The notes: generated from the sequence alone by a model not told the origin. A stretch of DNA of 64,000 nt from Fibrobacter sp. (GCA_017626945.1 JAGAHT010000024.1:1120-65119); one strand, 5' to 3'. Positions 1 through 10,331 are shown, counted from the stretch's first letter. Numbers and translations: made by a program.

Positions 1-1782
1 CAGGCTGTAAAATTCTTGACGCAAATCTACAAGCTCGTTTAGATTTTTTTGCACAGTAATGCCAGCGGAAACGCGCTCGCCTTTACCAGTTTTAGTATTT
101 TCAAGGCTCATTTCCACATAATGACCGTCAAATGTTGAAATGAGGCTATTTCCCTGCATGAATTTGTAATCAAAGTTCGGCAGGGGTTCCGGCTCATCAC
201 TGTTTACAACGATGGAAAGCCAGAAACGAAGTCGAGCAATATCAATCGCACCTTTTTCAATATCTACGCCATAAATGTTATTCTGAATAATATCTTTTTT
301 CAGACGGGCAATTTCATTTGCATCCTTATTTTTTCGAGGATAGAGAGCGAGCCTTATTCTCAACAACAGATTCAGCATTCCCATCGGGAACGCACCGCTA
401 CCTATCGCGGGGTCACAAATCTTTACATTCTCAATAAGTTTTAGTAGCAGACGTTTATTTTCTTCGATTTCTTCCGGGATATTTTCATCATCAAGATTCT
501 CAACGAATTTGCGAATAATTTTTTCCTTTATCCCAGATTTTTCGCTCAAATAAGCAATGACGGATTCACTGCACATATAGAGCACTTCTTCTTTAGGAGT
601 ATAAAAGGCGCCTTTTCCCTTGTTGTCTTCAAGAAGGCTCTCGAAAATAACGCTCAACATTTCCGGGTCAATGCCCATTTCTTCATCATTAGGGTCGTTC
701 TCATCAACAGTGAAGTTATATTCACTAAAGAAGTCAAAAAGCTTTTCAAAGTAATCTTCCGGGAATTTTGCGTCTCTCTTATCAAGTTCATCCTGTTCAA
801 ACAAGCCGCCGTTTAAATACGGAATAGAGGATAGGCCAGGAATAGCCGAAACACTCCAGCCCATTTCCTTGAATTTCTCGGAACGCATTCTCTGCGGAGT
901 GTTAAGCACACCAAAGAACAGCGGTTCTAGCACATTATCCAAGAAATCTTTTTTCTCACTTGATTCATCAAATAGTTTTGTCAAATACTTTTTATCGCTG
1001 TTCAGCCAGCCCTTACGTTCCAAGAAATACAAGAATACTAAGCGGCCCATCATTTTCTTCACGTAGTCACGAAGAGGCTTGTATTTTGTCTTGTAAATTT
1101 CCTCAACATCATTTTCATCGTCCCCAGTATCATATTTGGCAATGACCGTCTTAAAGCTCTTTTGCATTGCCGGGGTGACAATCATGTATTCAACGAAGGA
1201 GTTGTAAAGTTCCTCGTACTTGTCGAAAAATTCCTTAGAAAGAGCTTCGACAGAAAAGGCATTTATCAAATCATCGTCCGTCTTTTTGGAATTGGCGAGT
1301 ATTTCAAATCGTTCTGTTGCCGTTCTAGGATTGTGTTCATTGCCAAAAACGTAGGTATATCTTTTGGCGGAAGTCGTATTCTTTAGCGTTCCCTCCTTGT
1401 GAAGATAAGAGAAACGCCATTCCTTATTTTCACAATCCTTGTAATGGAAGACAATAAACGCATGAGAATACTGGGACAGTGCAGACCTTATAAGGCGCTG
1501 GATGCCAACCCTGGAACGGGAAATATCCGAGGTGTTCTTCAAAGTCACATCGAACAATTCAATATCTTCCGATTTGATATTGTTTATTGTTCCGATATTC
1601 AAAATGGAGGAAACATTAGCTATATCCGCAGCGGCTTTTGATTCGCTTGTTACCAGCTGTTCCGGCACATCCTTCTTTTCAAAGCATTCCTCGCCGAAGA
1701 TAGGATAAATGATGTTTTCTATGAAATTATCAATTCCAGAGAAATCACCCGTAAGAACTGTTTTAACCTGTTTCTTGTCCAT
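1..1782 (-). CDS. Type IIG / Eco57I-like restriction-modification enzyme (N6-adenine methyltransferase), 3'-partial, runs off the window
   Basis: Translated by hand (not in the ORF track): starts MDKKQVKTVLTGDF at 1782 and contains GAFYTPKEEV, motif I ICDPAIGSGAFPMGML, IYGVDIEKGAIDIARLRFWLS and PLPNFDYKFMQGNSL. Confidence 0.85.
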   Translation of the reverse strand, partial: MDKKQVKTVLTGDFSGIDNFIENIIYPIFGEECFEKKDVPEQLVTSESKAAADIANVSSILNIGTINNIKSEDIELFDVTLKNTSDISRSRVGIQRLIRSALSQYSHAFIVFHYKDCENKEWRFSYLHKEGTLKNTTSAKRYTYVFGNEHNPRTATERFEILANSKKTDDDLINAFSVEALSKEFFDKYEELYNSFVEYMIVTPAMQKSFKTVIAKYDTGDDENDVEEIYKTKYKPLRDYVKKMMGRLVFLYFLERKGWLNSDKKYLTKLFDESSEKKDFLDNVLEPLFFGVLNTPQRMRSEKFKEMGWSVSAIPGLSSIPYLNGGLFEQDELDKRDAKFPEDYFEKLFDFFSEYNFTVDENDPNDEEMGIDPEMLSVIFESLLEDNKGKGAFYTPKEEVLYMCSESVIAYLSEKSGIKEKIIRKFVENLDDENIPEEIEENKRLLLKLIENVKICDPAIGSGAFPMGMLNLLLRIRLALYPRKNKDANEIARLKKDIIQNNIYGVDIEKGAIDIARLRFWLSIVVNSDEPEPLPNFDYKFMQGNSLISTFDGHYVEMSLENTKTGKGERVSAGITVQKNLNELVDLRQEFYSL

Positions 1783-1804
1783 TGTTTTGTCCCTTGTATA
1801 AATC

Positions 1805-4800
1805 CTAGTTCATTTCGTAAAGCGCGATATACGCTTCGCCTTTTTTCAACTTGGCCTTTTCCGTAACGGTCTTGAACGCATTCTTGACCCAATCGTTTAC
1901 GTCGCTATTCAAGCCGAACATTGACGCGCCAGAACGGTCGTAATCTTCTTCCCATTTCAGCACAGCCTTAATCACATCGACATTCTTATCCTTTACTGCT
2001 CTTTCAGCAGCCTTCAAGGAAGCGAACGCGGCATCATCTGTAAGCATTAAGCGGATTTTTGCAATAGCAGCCAGGGCATTTTTCTGCTTATCGTTAATGT
2101 CTTTCGCATGAATGGAGTGAGTGACGTGTTTGCTGAACTCAATGATTGCAGAATCCTTCATTGTTTCGTAAAGTTCACGACTTTCAGGCTTAACGAAAAT
2201 ATTCAACGAATTTGTTTTCAAGTAGTCAGCAAATTCAAGTGGAGAAACCGTTTTGATATTGCCCTTATCATCAGCAAAAAGATTCAACATTCCCTGCTGG
2301 AGCGAACGTACCGCGAAGCAGCCGTTTGTACAATCCTGTCGCAACTGTCCGCCCATGTTCTCCATCGGCATTTCCATGAGTTCCTTGAAGCGTTCTGCAT
2401 TATTTTCCTGGAACTGTTTCAATTCCGAAATAAACTTGCTATAAGGCGATTCCTCGCCATCAAAGTTTTGGGTGAAATTTGCCTCGGAGATTTCTTCGTC
2501 CTCGCTGAAAATTTTGCTATCCTCACCAAACATCGTGTGGAATGTTTGCAGCTTAGCAAAAGCGATTTCAATAAGCATCAACTGTTCATTTCCCGTTGCG
2601 CTGGGATAGAAATTGTAAACATAGACAAAAGGCTCTTTAGAACCAATTCGGTTCACACGGCCAATGCGCTGCATCAATTTTGTCGCATTCCAGGGAGTGT
2701 CATAATTGAGGATGGTGTTTGAACGATGCAGGTTTACACCTTCTGCAAGAACTTCTGTCGTGATGATAACATCGTAATCATCTTTCATTTCACCTTTGTA
2801 GTTCGCGTCAAAGTTCTGCTTAATCACTTCCTTCATCGCATCGCGATTGGCGGCAGAAATGGCGAGAGGACGTAGCCTTCTGTTTTTGGGAAGATGAATC
2901 GCCTTTACGACTTTTTCCAGTTCTTTCATCGTATCAACGGCTTCCGTAAAGATAACCAGTTTTTGGGAAGTATTCTTTCGCCTGTCAAAAAGTTCCTCTC
3001 TTAGGCATTCCTTGAACTGTTCCAGTTTAGGGTCAACGGAAACACGATTCCATCGTTTGCACAAGCCGTCCAAAATCCGTTCATCTTCTCTCAAATGCTC
3101 CAGATATTCTTCGCGGAAATCGTCAGCCCTATACTCACGATTATTCCCTTGCTTCTTTTCTATCCTGCTTCGGATGTTTTCGCAGACAGAATCAAATGGC
3201 AACGGTTCATCATTCTTGTCGAAAAACTCGCGATTTACATCAATATCCGGGCAGATGAAGACAACATTTCGTTCAAGCATCTTTATCATGTTCTTTGTAG
3301 CATCCCAAAGAGCACAAAGAGTATTCTTGAAAGCAGGCAAGCTGCTTTCCAATCGTTTCACAAGCAACTTCTTCATCATTGAAGCCAGCTGCTCGGTCGT
3401 CATATCAACGGTCAAGTTGTTCTTTTCATAGAACTTCTTATTTTCTTCGTCCTTAAAATACCTAATCGCCTGATAGCGATGATAGCCCAAATGCTTGGTA
3501 TTGTCCAACAGGTTCAACTCATTGGGCGGCAAAATTGCCTGAATGGTATTATAGAACAAATCGGCCAATTCCAAATCCATGATGTAGTCGATTCTCTTTG
3601 GCCCCCTCAATTCAGGGAAAGTCAAATCTTCATTGTATTTGGAATAGTATTTCTTAATATCCGTTCGCGTTCTTCTAACCAGGAGCTGGTCAAGAACTTT
3701 TTCTCGAATCTGCTTGGAAAGGTATTTAAGGCGAATCTTTGCTTCGCGCCTGTCCTCCAGCTTCCTACACTGCTGGAACTCTTTTTCCATATTACTAAAG
3801 AAAGAATCTAGTTTACCGCCCTCAATCGTCGGCAACTTCGTATTATTCGGATTTCTTTCGAAGAACTTGATTTGATTGTAAATATCCTGCGGAGAGTTGT
3901 TCTGCGGAGTAGCAGAAAGCAGCCCAACAAAAGGAGCAATATGCTGTTGAGCAATTCTCGAAATCAGATTATCCAAATCTTGATATTTTTTCGTCTTGTG
4001 GTTTCTGAAATTATGGCTTTCATCTATGATGATAAGGCCATATTCCTTATCCTTCAAAGCCTCCGTGAACGCACCATCATCGTTATCTTCTTCATCTTCG
4101 CCCGTCAAAAGGTTTCCGATGCTACCTGTGGTGATAAAGTCAATATAGGGAGTAATTGCCGTTGGGGCGTCTTCATCGAAGTCCCTAATCGTGTCCAACC
4201 AGCCGGACTTAATTGCGGGAGGCGTTACGATAAGCACGTTCGCAGAACGGCCCTCATAGGAAGCGTGTTCCTCGATAAACTTTTTAATAATCAATGTTCC
4301 GACAACAGTCTTTCCAAGTCCCACAACGTCCGAAAGAATAAACCCGTTGTACTGCTTCATAATAAAGAAGCACTGCTTTACTGCGTCTAGCTGGTAAGTA
4401 AAACTTTTGTAATCCTTGGGAAGATAGGATTTCAACGTCGTATCTTGACTGCTGTCGGCAATGTCGCCAAACTGATTTTGAAGATAACGGATATACAGCT
4501 CATACGGCGTATAAGCCCATGTCGGTTCTGATTCTTCTTCAAGTTCCTTTTGAGCTTTTTCACCAATCGGGGCTTTTTTTAGAATCTGTTCCAGGAATAC
4601 CTTATTCCAACATTCGGACAGTTCCCATTTTTCATAAAACCAAAAACGATGGCCCTTTGCAGGGGCTCCTTCTTTGGGTTCAGCGAGGACAAAGGAAGAA
4701 TCATTGTCGAAGTGGTTGAGTTCGGCATTTCCTTGCAAGCCCTTGGCCGTAAAATTGCTACTGCCGATAAGGCCATAGGAATGGTCCTTATACTTGAATA

Positions 4801-5233
4801 TGTAGCACTTAGAATGAAGAAACTGTGTTTCGTCTTTTTCGTTTTTACGAAAGATGCGAATTTGGATTTTAGAATTTTCGCTGTTATCGCAATACTTCAA
4901 CAGGAGTTTTACGGCATTCTGAAATTCGTCTTTCAGCTCCAGGCTTTCAATGTCCGTTCTAATAAAATCATCTGGGAAGGTAGCGTCCTTATATTTAGGT
5001 TCCTTGAGCTGGTTCGCATAAACATAAGGGTCCTTCCCGATGAGCAAATTGAACCGCGTGTCTGGCTGTTGTAAGAACGCATCCAATTCAGCCTGAATTA
5101 AGGCAAGTCCAGGAATGTCCCAATAACCCGTGGCAATATTCACCTCTTGCAGACCAGGCTCCATCAAACACTGTTTTAGCGTCTCAACCATGGAAAGCGA
5201 AGAAGATGAATTATCGACGAGCGTTTTGAACAT
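1805..5233 (-). CDS. N-terminal PLD (HKD) nuclease fused to SF2/SNF2-like helicase, partner of the adjacent methyltransferase
   Basis: FLHSKCYIF..GSSNFT (HKD variant), LSDVVGLGKT (Walker A), IIIDESHNF (DExH), LLSATP, TEVLAEGVNL, QRIGRVNRIG; 22 bp upstream of the MTase on the same strand. Confidence 0.85.
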   Translation of the reverse strand: MFKTLVDNSSSSLSMVETLKQCLMEPGLQEVNIATGYWDIPGLALIQAELDAFLQQPDTRFNLLIGKDPYVYANQLKEPKYKDATFPDDFIRTDIESLELKDEFQNAVKLLLKYCDNSENSKIQIRIFRKNEKDETQFLHSKCYIFKYKDHSYGLIGSSNFTAKGLQGNAELNHFDNDSSFVLAEPKEGAPAKGHRFWFYEKWELSECWNKVFLEQILKKAPIGEKAQKELEEESEPTWAYTPYELYIRYLQNQFGDIADSSQDTTLKSYLPKDYKSFTYQLDAVKQCFFIMKQYNGFILSDVVGLGKTVVGTLIIKKFIEEHASYEGRSANVLIVTPPAIKSGWLDTIRDFDEDAPTAITPYIDFITTGSIGNLLTGEDEEDNDDGAFTEALKDKEYGLIIIDESHNFRNHKTKKYQDLDNLISRIAQQHIAPFVGLLSATPQNNSPQDIYNQIKFFERNPNNTKLPTIEGGKLDSFFSNMEKEFQQCRKLEDRREAKIRLKYLSKQIREKVLDQLLVRRTRTDIKKYYSKYNEDLTFPELRGPKRIDYIMDLELADLFYNTIQAILPPNELNLLDNTKHLGYHRYQAIRYFKDEENKKFYEKNNLTVDMTTEQLASMMKKLLVKRLESSLPAFKNTLCALWDATKNMIKMLERNVVFICPDIDVNREFFDKNDEPLPFDSVCENIRSRIEKKQGNNREYRADDFREEYLEHLREDERILDGLCKRWNRVSVDPKLEQFKECLREELFDRRKNTSQKLVIFTEAVDTMKELEKVVKAIHLPKNRRLRPLAISAANRDAMKEVIKQNFDANYKGEMKDDYDVIITTEVLAEGVNLHRSNTILNYDTPWNATKLMQRIGRVNRIGSKEPFVYVYNFYPSATGNEQLMLIEIAFAKLQTFHTMFGEDSKIFSEDEEISEANFTQNFDGEESPYSKFISELKQFQENNAERFKELMEMPMENMGGQLRQDCTNGCFAVRSLQQGMLNLFADDKGNIKTVSPLEFADYLKTNSLNIFVKPESRELYETMKDSAIIEFSKHVTHSIHAKDINDKQKNALAAIAKIRLMLTDDAAFASLKAAERAVKDKNVDVIKAVLKWEEDYDRSGASMFGLNSDVNDWVKNAFKTVTEKAKLKKGEAYIALYEMN

Positions 5234-5385
5234 TATGACCCATTCCTTTTTTGAACACCATAATAGTATTTTCCATTACACTACAATCAAAGTTTTTTTG
5301 AATTTTCTTTGATTTTTTTCAATTTATATTCAATTTCAAGTCATAAAGTGTCAAAGAGAACTTTTTTTGTAAAAAAACGCTTGTT

Positions 5386-5406
5386 AAACCTAACTTGATT
5401 AGGTTT
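5386..5406. promoter_or_regulatory. Palindromic operator-like site, copy 1 (AAACCTAA-CTTGA-TTAGGTTT)
   Basis: Perfect 8-bp inverted repeat with 5-nt spacer; same core at 25311 and 38563. Confidence 0.6.
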
Positions 5407-5473
5407 ATGTCATTCATTAAGCAACAACTGTTTGCACGCTAGGAGCCAACTTTTTACTAGCTTACGTCCAATT

Positions 5474-5671
5474 ATGAACGATTACAAAATTTGGCTTATG
5501 GTCTGGGTGCTCCGCATCCTTCTTTTTACCAAGCTCTGCGTCGTGTTTGCGGCGTTCTTTTTCGTCAGGAACTACAAGCACATAAAGGAAAATGGATTCA
5601 ACGACATTTTCTTCTGCTGGCAGACCTGGTGGAGAGCCAGCGTCACCCTGTATAGGGAGTTGATGCGCTAA
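5474..5671 (+). CDS. Small hypothetical membrane protein (65 aa)
   Basis: ATG at 5474 (MNDYKIW...), one hydrophobic stretch, downstream of the operator. Confidence 0.45.
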   Translation: MNDYKIWLMVWVLRILLFTKLCVVFAAFFFVRNYKHIKENGFNDIFFCWQTWWRASVTLYRELMR

Positions 5672-6910
5672 TCATTTCCGATAGAACAGACTGTCAAAGA
5701 ACGCTGCTCTATTTTCCCAGACAAAGCGTTCCTTCTTGTCCGTCGGCTTCTTCTCGTTCCACCAAACAAAATCCCTCATTTGACAAATAACATCATCCCA
5801 GTACACATCGAAAATTTTGTCCTTATTGCAATTTACGATGTTCGGGATGCTCAAGAATTTCGACAAGTTCTCACTGTTTTCGTTATCAACGCAAATAAAG
5901 GTGTCAGGACGTTTCATGGCAAGTAATCGCGTTGCCGTTGCGAGCCTGATTCCAGGGAGCTTCGTTATCTTGGCAACATATTCATCATAATGCTCTTGCT
6001 CGACATTTCCCTCCCTGGGGATGCATTCAAGCGCTGCTGCCAGTTTTTCGCTTTCCTTGCCGACATACTTCTTGAACATCCCGGCGCCTTGCATACTACC
6101 AAAAAGACCCCATTCCAGAGTCTTTCCGTTTTCGCCCTTCACATCAACATCAAGGCCTGCAATCAACTTGCGTTCCTCAAGGGAGTAATCAGAAAACTGT
6201 CTATATTCTCCATTTGCCTTTTTTTGCTGAAACAGCTCTTTTATTTTTTTCAAAAGCAGAGTTCTTCTTTCGAAGCGGCCCTTTTCTTTTTTGTCTTCAT
6301 TCTGGACATTTGCAAAGAAATCTTCCCACGGCAAGTCCCGCAAGAATGTAGGACGAGAAACATTCTTTGTCGAACCGCTATCCTTACGACCGTATTCACT
6401 CGAAAGGCTGCGAATACGTTTCTGTTGATGCGCCCATGTAGCCTTATAGCTTTCAAATTTTTTTCTGTCAAATGACTCTGCGCCTTTTCTGTACGTCACA
6501 AGGATATTTTTGGCTTTAATCAGTACGGTACCATCGCTGTCGTCGGCATCTGTCATTAAGACGCCAACTTCGCTATTCTTGGAGAAAGCTGCATTCGTAA
6601 AGTTCGCACTTCCGACAATCATTTTCCATTCCTTGCCCTTCTCAAACAGGTACATCTTCGGGTGGAATGTTCCCGAAGTCTGCATTATGAATTTTACCCG
6701 TTCATCGTCTATGAACCGTTCAATAAATCGCGGGTCGGTCTGATAGAAGTGAATACCTACGACGCCCTGCTTAATCTTTGCATCCAGCAGTTTTTCAGAC
6801 AATCCCACAATCGGGCTTGCCCAGGCTGATGCGAAAGACAGACGTTCGCACCACTTTAGGTTCTTTTGAAACAGAGACATCAATTCTTTCGGTTCTGATA
6901 TGAGCTTCAT
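5672..6910 (-). CDS. PLD-family (single HKD, NgoFVII/BfiI-like) putative endonuclease
   Basis: TFHPKMYLF...MIVGSANFT motif in the N-terminal domain; AT-rich relative to the structural genes. Confidence 0.75.
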   Translation of the reverse strand: MKLISEPKELMSLFQKNLKWCERLSFASAWASPIVGLSEKLLDAKIKQGVVGIHFYQTDPRFIERFIDDERVKFIMQTSGTFHPKMYLFEKGKEWKMIVGSANFTNAAFSKNSEVGVLMTDADDSDGTVLIKAKNILVTYRKGAESFDRKKFESYKATWAHQQKRIRSLSSEYGRKDSGSTKNVSRPTFLRDLPWEDFFANVQNEDKKEKGRFERRTLLLKKIKELFQQKKANGEYRQFSDYSLEERKLIAGLDVDVKGENGKTLEWGLFGSMQGAGMFKKYVGKESEKLAAALECIPREGNVEQEHYDEYVAKITKLPGIRLATATRLLAMKRPDTFICVDNENSENLSKFLSIPNIVNCNKDKIFDVYWDDVICQMRDFVWWNEKKPTDKKERFVWENRAAFFDSLFYRK

Positions 6911-7050
6911 GTTTTTGAATATATCTAATCTTTCTCATTTGCATTTGTCCATACCGCGCTTGTAGCGCGTTTTTTGGTGTTTTTGGGGCTGTTTATAAGC
7001 CTTTAGGCGAAAACGCCTTGTAGAGCGTTCCTGCCGCTAGTTTTGGCGAC

Positions 7051-8169
7051 ATGAACGAATCGTTCCGCGACTATAAGGACTTCGACCAGACGGTTTTCAC
7101 CCGTACCCCCGAAGGGTATCTCACGGGCAAAATCCGCGTCACTGGTGCTGGCGTGTTCAGCTACAGAACCGCCGAAGGATTGAAGCGCAGGCTGCGCCCG
7201 GTCACGGAAGTTTCTGCTCAAGACAGCATTTCAACACTCAACTGCAAGCCCGTCACCCTGCTCCACCCGATGGAGGATGTTTCCCCGGAGAACGCGAAGA
7301 AGCTCCAGGTCGGATTCACCGCCAACGATGCAAGCTGGGATGGGCTAAACGCCTATGTCACAATGACAATCACGGATGCCGACGCCATCAGGGAAATGCT
7401 TGATGGCCATGTCCGCGCCGTTTCATGCGGCTACGATGCCGAACTCTACAAGGACAGTGGCAACTGGCAGGGCGTCGATTACGACGAGGTGATGAAGAAT
7501 ATCCGCTGCAACCATATCGCGCTTGTACGCGAGGGACGCGCTGGGGACGGTGTGCGTTTCAGAATCGGCGACAGCTCCGACTTCGACCGAATCTTTTGCG
7601 ACAACGAAAACGCCCGCCAACGGGCAGGAGAAAACACCATGGGTAGAAAATTCATTATCGACGGTGCGGAATACGAGGCCGATGAAAAGGTCATCTACAC
7701 GCTCCACGAGACTGAAAAGGCGCGTGACAGCGCAATCGAATCCAGCAAGGCCCTCAAATCCCAGCTTGACGCCATGACCGCAGCCAGGGATGCAGCCATC
7801 ACCGAGCGCGACCAGCTCAAGGCTTCGCTCAAGGACGAAAAGGAAATCGCCCGTCTCGTTGACGAGAAGGTCGCCTTTATCGCCAAGGCGCAGAAGCTCG
7901 GCATCGACATTAAGGCCCAGGATTCCGTGGAAGCCATCAAGGGCGCCTTCATCAAGAAAGCCTACCCCGAAATGGTGCTTGACGGAAAGAGCGCCGACTA
8001 CCTCCAGGGCGCCTACGAAGCCGCCATGCAGAAGCTGGGCGACTCCGCGCAGAAAAGCTCCCCGTTCGCTCCCAGCATGGAAAAGCTCAACGACGCTCTC
8101 GATACCGACGCGGCTTTCAACGCCATGAACGAGAAAATCAACTCCGCTTCCATCAAGAAGGAGGGCTAG
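7051..8169 (+). CDS. DUF2213 head protein (prohead protease/scaffold)
   Basis: GYLTGKIRVTGAGVFSY, KPVTLLHP, VSCGY, NHIALVREGRAG; coiled-coil C-terminus. Confidence 0.85.
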   Translation: MNESFRDYKDFDQTVFTRTPEGYLTGKIRVTGAGVFSYRTAEGLKRRLRPVTEVSAQDSISTLNCKPVTLLHPMEDVSPENAKKLQVGFTANDASWDGLNAYVTMTITDADAIREMLDGHVRAVSCGYDAELYKDSGNWQGVDYDEVMKNIRCNHIALVREGRAGDGVRFRIGDSSDFDRIFCDNENARQRAGENTMGRKFIIDGAEYEADEKVIYTLHETEKARDSAIESSKALKSQLDAMTAARDAAITERDQLKASLKDEKEIARLVDEKVAFIAKAQKLGIDIKAQDSVEAIKGAFIKKAYPEMVLDGKSADYLQGAYEAAMQKLGDSAQKSSPFAPSMEKLNDALDTDAAFNAMNEKINSASIKKEG

Positions 8170-8172
8170 CAC

Positions 8173-8940
8173 ATGGCATTTGAAACTACCCCGTTCGGGG
8201 CGGTAGCAGCCCCCGGTCTTGCGTTCCCGTTCGTAACGCATTCCATCGAGACAGGCATCCTCCAAGAGGATAAGGACAGCGAGGGCGGATTTGCGCTCTG
8301 GGCAAAGAAAGGTGTCGCTGGCGAAGCTGGAAAGGTCTATGTCAACCAGCCTGCAGGTAGCGAGGCCGTAGCCCGTGTTCTCGAACTCGAACCCGTAATG
8401 ACCACGGCAAGCACCGGCACCGTATCGGTCAAGGTTGATGGCGAAACCGTAGCCACGGCGAGCGTCACCAGCGAATCCACCGTTGCAACGCTTCTCACAG
8501 CCCTTGCTAGCGCCTGGAACAGTGAAAGCGACTACACCGCCGAAGCAAGCGAAACCAAGCTCACGATAACGGCAAAGACAGCTGGCGCGGAAGCCAACGC
8601 CGACGTGTTCAGCGCCGAATATAGCGAGGACTGCGGCTTTGGCGGCGACGTAAACCAGGTCACTGCTGGCGCCTCCGCAGAGTCCGCTGGCGTGTTCATC
8701 GGCATCGCCCAAAGAACGATGTTCAACGACTCCTACAAGGCGGGAATGACAGTCAATGTGCTCAAGAAGGGACGCATCTGGGTTCGCGTTCTCGGCGAGG
8801 TCGTTTCCGGGGATGCCGCCTACGTCAACAACACGAACAACGCTTTCACCGCCACGTCCACGGGCGGCACGCAAATCGTGGGCGGAACCTTCAAGAGCGA
8901 CGCTGCCGACGGCGGACTCGCTGAACTGGAAATCGCATAA
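8173..8940 (+). CDS. Capsid cement/decoration protein with an internal insertion domain
   Basis: Lies between DUF2213 and the capsid gene; C-terminal VNVLKKGRIWVRV..EV..GDAAYV motif. Confidence 0.6.
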   Translation: MAFETTPFGAVAAPGLAFPFVTHSIETGILQEDKDSEGGFALWAKKGVAGEAGKVYVNQPAGSEAVARVLELEPVMTTASTGTVSVKVDGETVATASVTSESTVATLLTALASAWNSESDYTAEASETKLTITAKTAGAEANADVFSAEYSEDCGFGGDVNQVTAGASAESAGVFIGIAQRTMFNDSYKAGMTVNVLKKGRIWVRVLGEVVSGDAAYVNNTNNAFTATSTGGTQIVGGTFKSDAADGGLAELEIA

Positions 8941-8951
8941 GGAGAACAGGC

Positions 8952-9869
8952 ATGATTTTTCAAGACAGCGAACTGAACAAACTCTCCCGTCTGTTCAACC
9001 AGATTATAAACGAAACCTACGGGCTTGAACGCGAATCGCTCGACGCGCTTTCGTTCATCCCGCCCCAGGCTGGAATAGGACAGTGGCTCCGCACATGGAC
9101 CTACAAGGTTCTTTCGGAAATGGGCATTGCCAAGCTCATTTCGGACTACGCGGAAGACTTGCCGCCCGTTTCCCGTGCGCTGGAACTCAAGACCAACGAA
9201 ATCCGCGAATACGGCGTTTCCTATGGCTACAGCGAATTTGAACTCATGCAGTGGCTCACCGCTGGCATCGACCTTTCCCGTGACGAGGCGGAAACGGCCC
9301 GGCGCAAGATTGACGAGAAGGTGGACGAGGTGCTGTTTGTCGGCGACAAGGACGCGAACACCACGGGCTTCCTCAACAACGCCAACGTGCCGATGGTCGT
9401 CGTTCCTACCGGAGCTGGCGGCGGAACCGCCATCAGGGGCAAGACGCTGCTCGAAATCATAGCCACGTTCCAGGCGATGATTGACACCGTCCGCAACAAC
9501 ACCAGGCGCACAGTCAAGGCGGACACGGTTCTCCTGCCCCATGACGCTTTCGTCTATCTGTCCACCACGCCCAAGGACGAAACTGGCGGCGACCTCACCA
9601 TCCTCGAATACCTCAAGAAGGTTTTCGCGAGCCAAGGGCTTGTCAACTGGAAGGAATGCGCCAAGCTGGACGACGCTGGCGAGGGCGGCACCACGCGAGC
9701 CGTTATCTACAAGTACAGTCCCAGCGTCCTTACGCGCTGCATCCCCATCCCGTTCAAGCAGGATGAACCGCAGAAGAAATCGCTGCACTACATGGTTCCC
9801 TGCTACGCGAGAATCGGCGGTGTCGCGTTCAAGAACATCAACGCTGTCGCATACGCCGACGGCCTGTAA
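8952..9869 (+). CDS. Major capsid protein (DUF2184 family)
   Basis: 305 aa; ISDYAEDLPPV, YGVSYGYSEFEL, GFLNNANVP; synteny. Confidence 0.85.
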   Translation: MIFQDSELNKLSRLFNQIINETYGLERESLDALSFIPPQAGIGQWLRTWTYKVLSEMGIAKLISDYAEDLPPVSRALELKTNEIREYGVSYGYSEFELMQWLTAGIDLSRDEAETARRKIDEKVDEVLFVGDKDANTTGFLNNANVPMVVVPTGAGGGTAIRGKTLLEIIATFQAMIDTVRNNTRRTVKADTVLLPHDAFVYLSTTPKDETGGDLTILEYLKKVFASQGLVNWKECAKLDDAGEGGTTRAVIYKYSPSVLTRCIPIPFKQDEPQKKSLHYMVPCYARIGGVAFKNINAVAYADGL

Positions 9870-9890
9870 GAATCCATCCGTCCCCAAACG

Positions 9891-9949
9891 GCTCCATCAC
9901 CCCGCAACGCCCGTAGCTTTGCTGCGCGGGGCGGTGGAGCTTCCTTTTT
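9891..9949 (+). terminator. Intrinsic terminator after the capsid gene
   Basis: GCTCCATC...GGTGGAGC long hairpin followed by TTCCTTTTT. Confidence 0.55.
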
Positions 9950-9971
9950 CCGCACTTCCGAGGCTCTCACC

Positions 9972-10331
9972 ATGCTCGTAATGAACAACCAGAAACGAAC
10001 AGTCCACATCGGCTCTATCCTGCTTCTTCCCGGCTCCAACATAGTCGCGGACGGCAGCATCGACGAGACCCACCCTGTCATTAGGGCGCTGCGCGATTCC
10101 GGCAAGCTCGTTTTCGAGCATAAAGTCACGGCCAACGTCGCGGCGAACGCCATTTCCAGGGCAAGCACGCGACAGGTCGTTGACGACATTGAAAAGACGC
10201 AGAAGAAGCCCAACAGCTCCGTAAAGAAGGCTGCTGCCGCGAGACGGACTGAACTGGACGAGTTCGACGCCGAATGGGAAGAAGCGAAGAAGAAACAGCA
10301 GGAACAGCAAAAGGCGGCAACGGCCCTATGA
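9972..10331 (+). CDS. Phage head-associated hypothetical protein
   Basis: 119-aa ORF between capsid and DUF4054; stop overlaps the next start. Confidence 0.6.
   Translation: MLVMNNQKRTVHIGSILLLPGSNIVADGSIDETHPVIRALRDSGKLVFEHKVTANVAANAISRASTRQVVDDIEKTQKKPNSSVKKAAAARRTELDEFDAEWEEAKKKQQEQQKAATAL

Noticed and set aside
7423-8874. Long antisense ORFs (also 38937-40253, 40850-42088, 54042-55502, 62906-63811)
   Set aside because: They are shadow frames of GC-rich, codon-biased genes on the opposite strand and have no motifs of their own.
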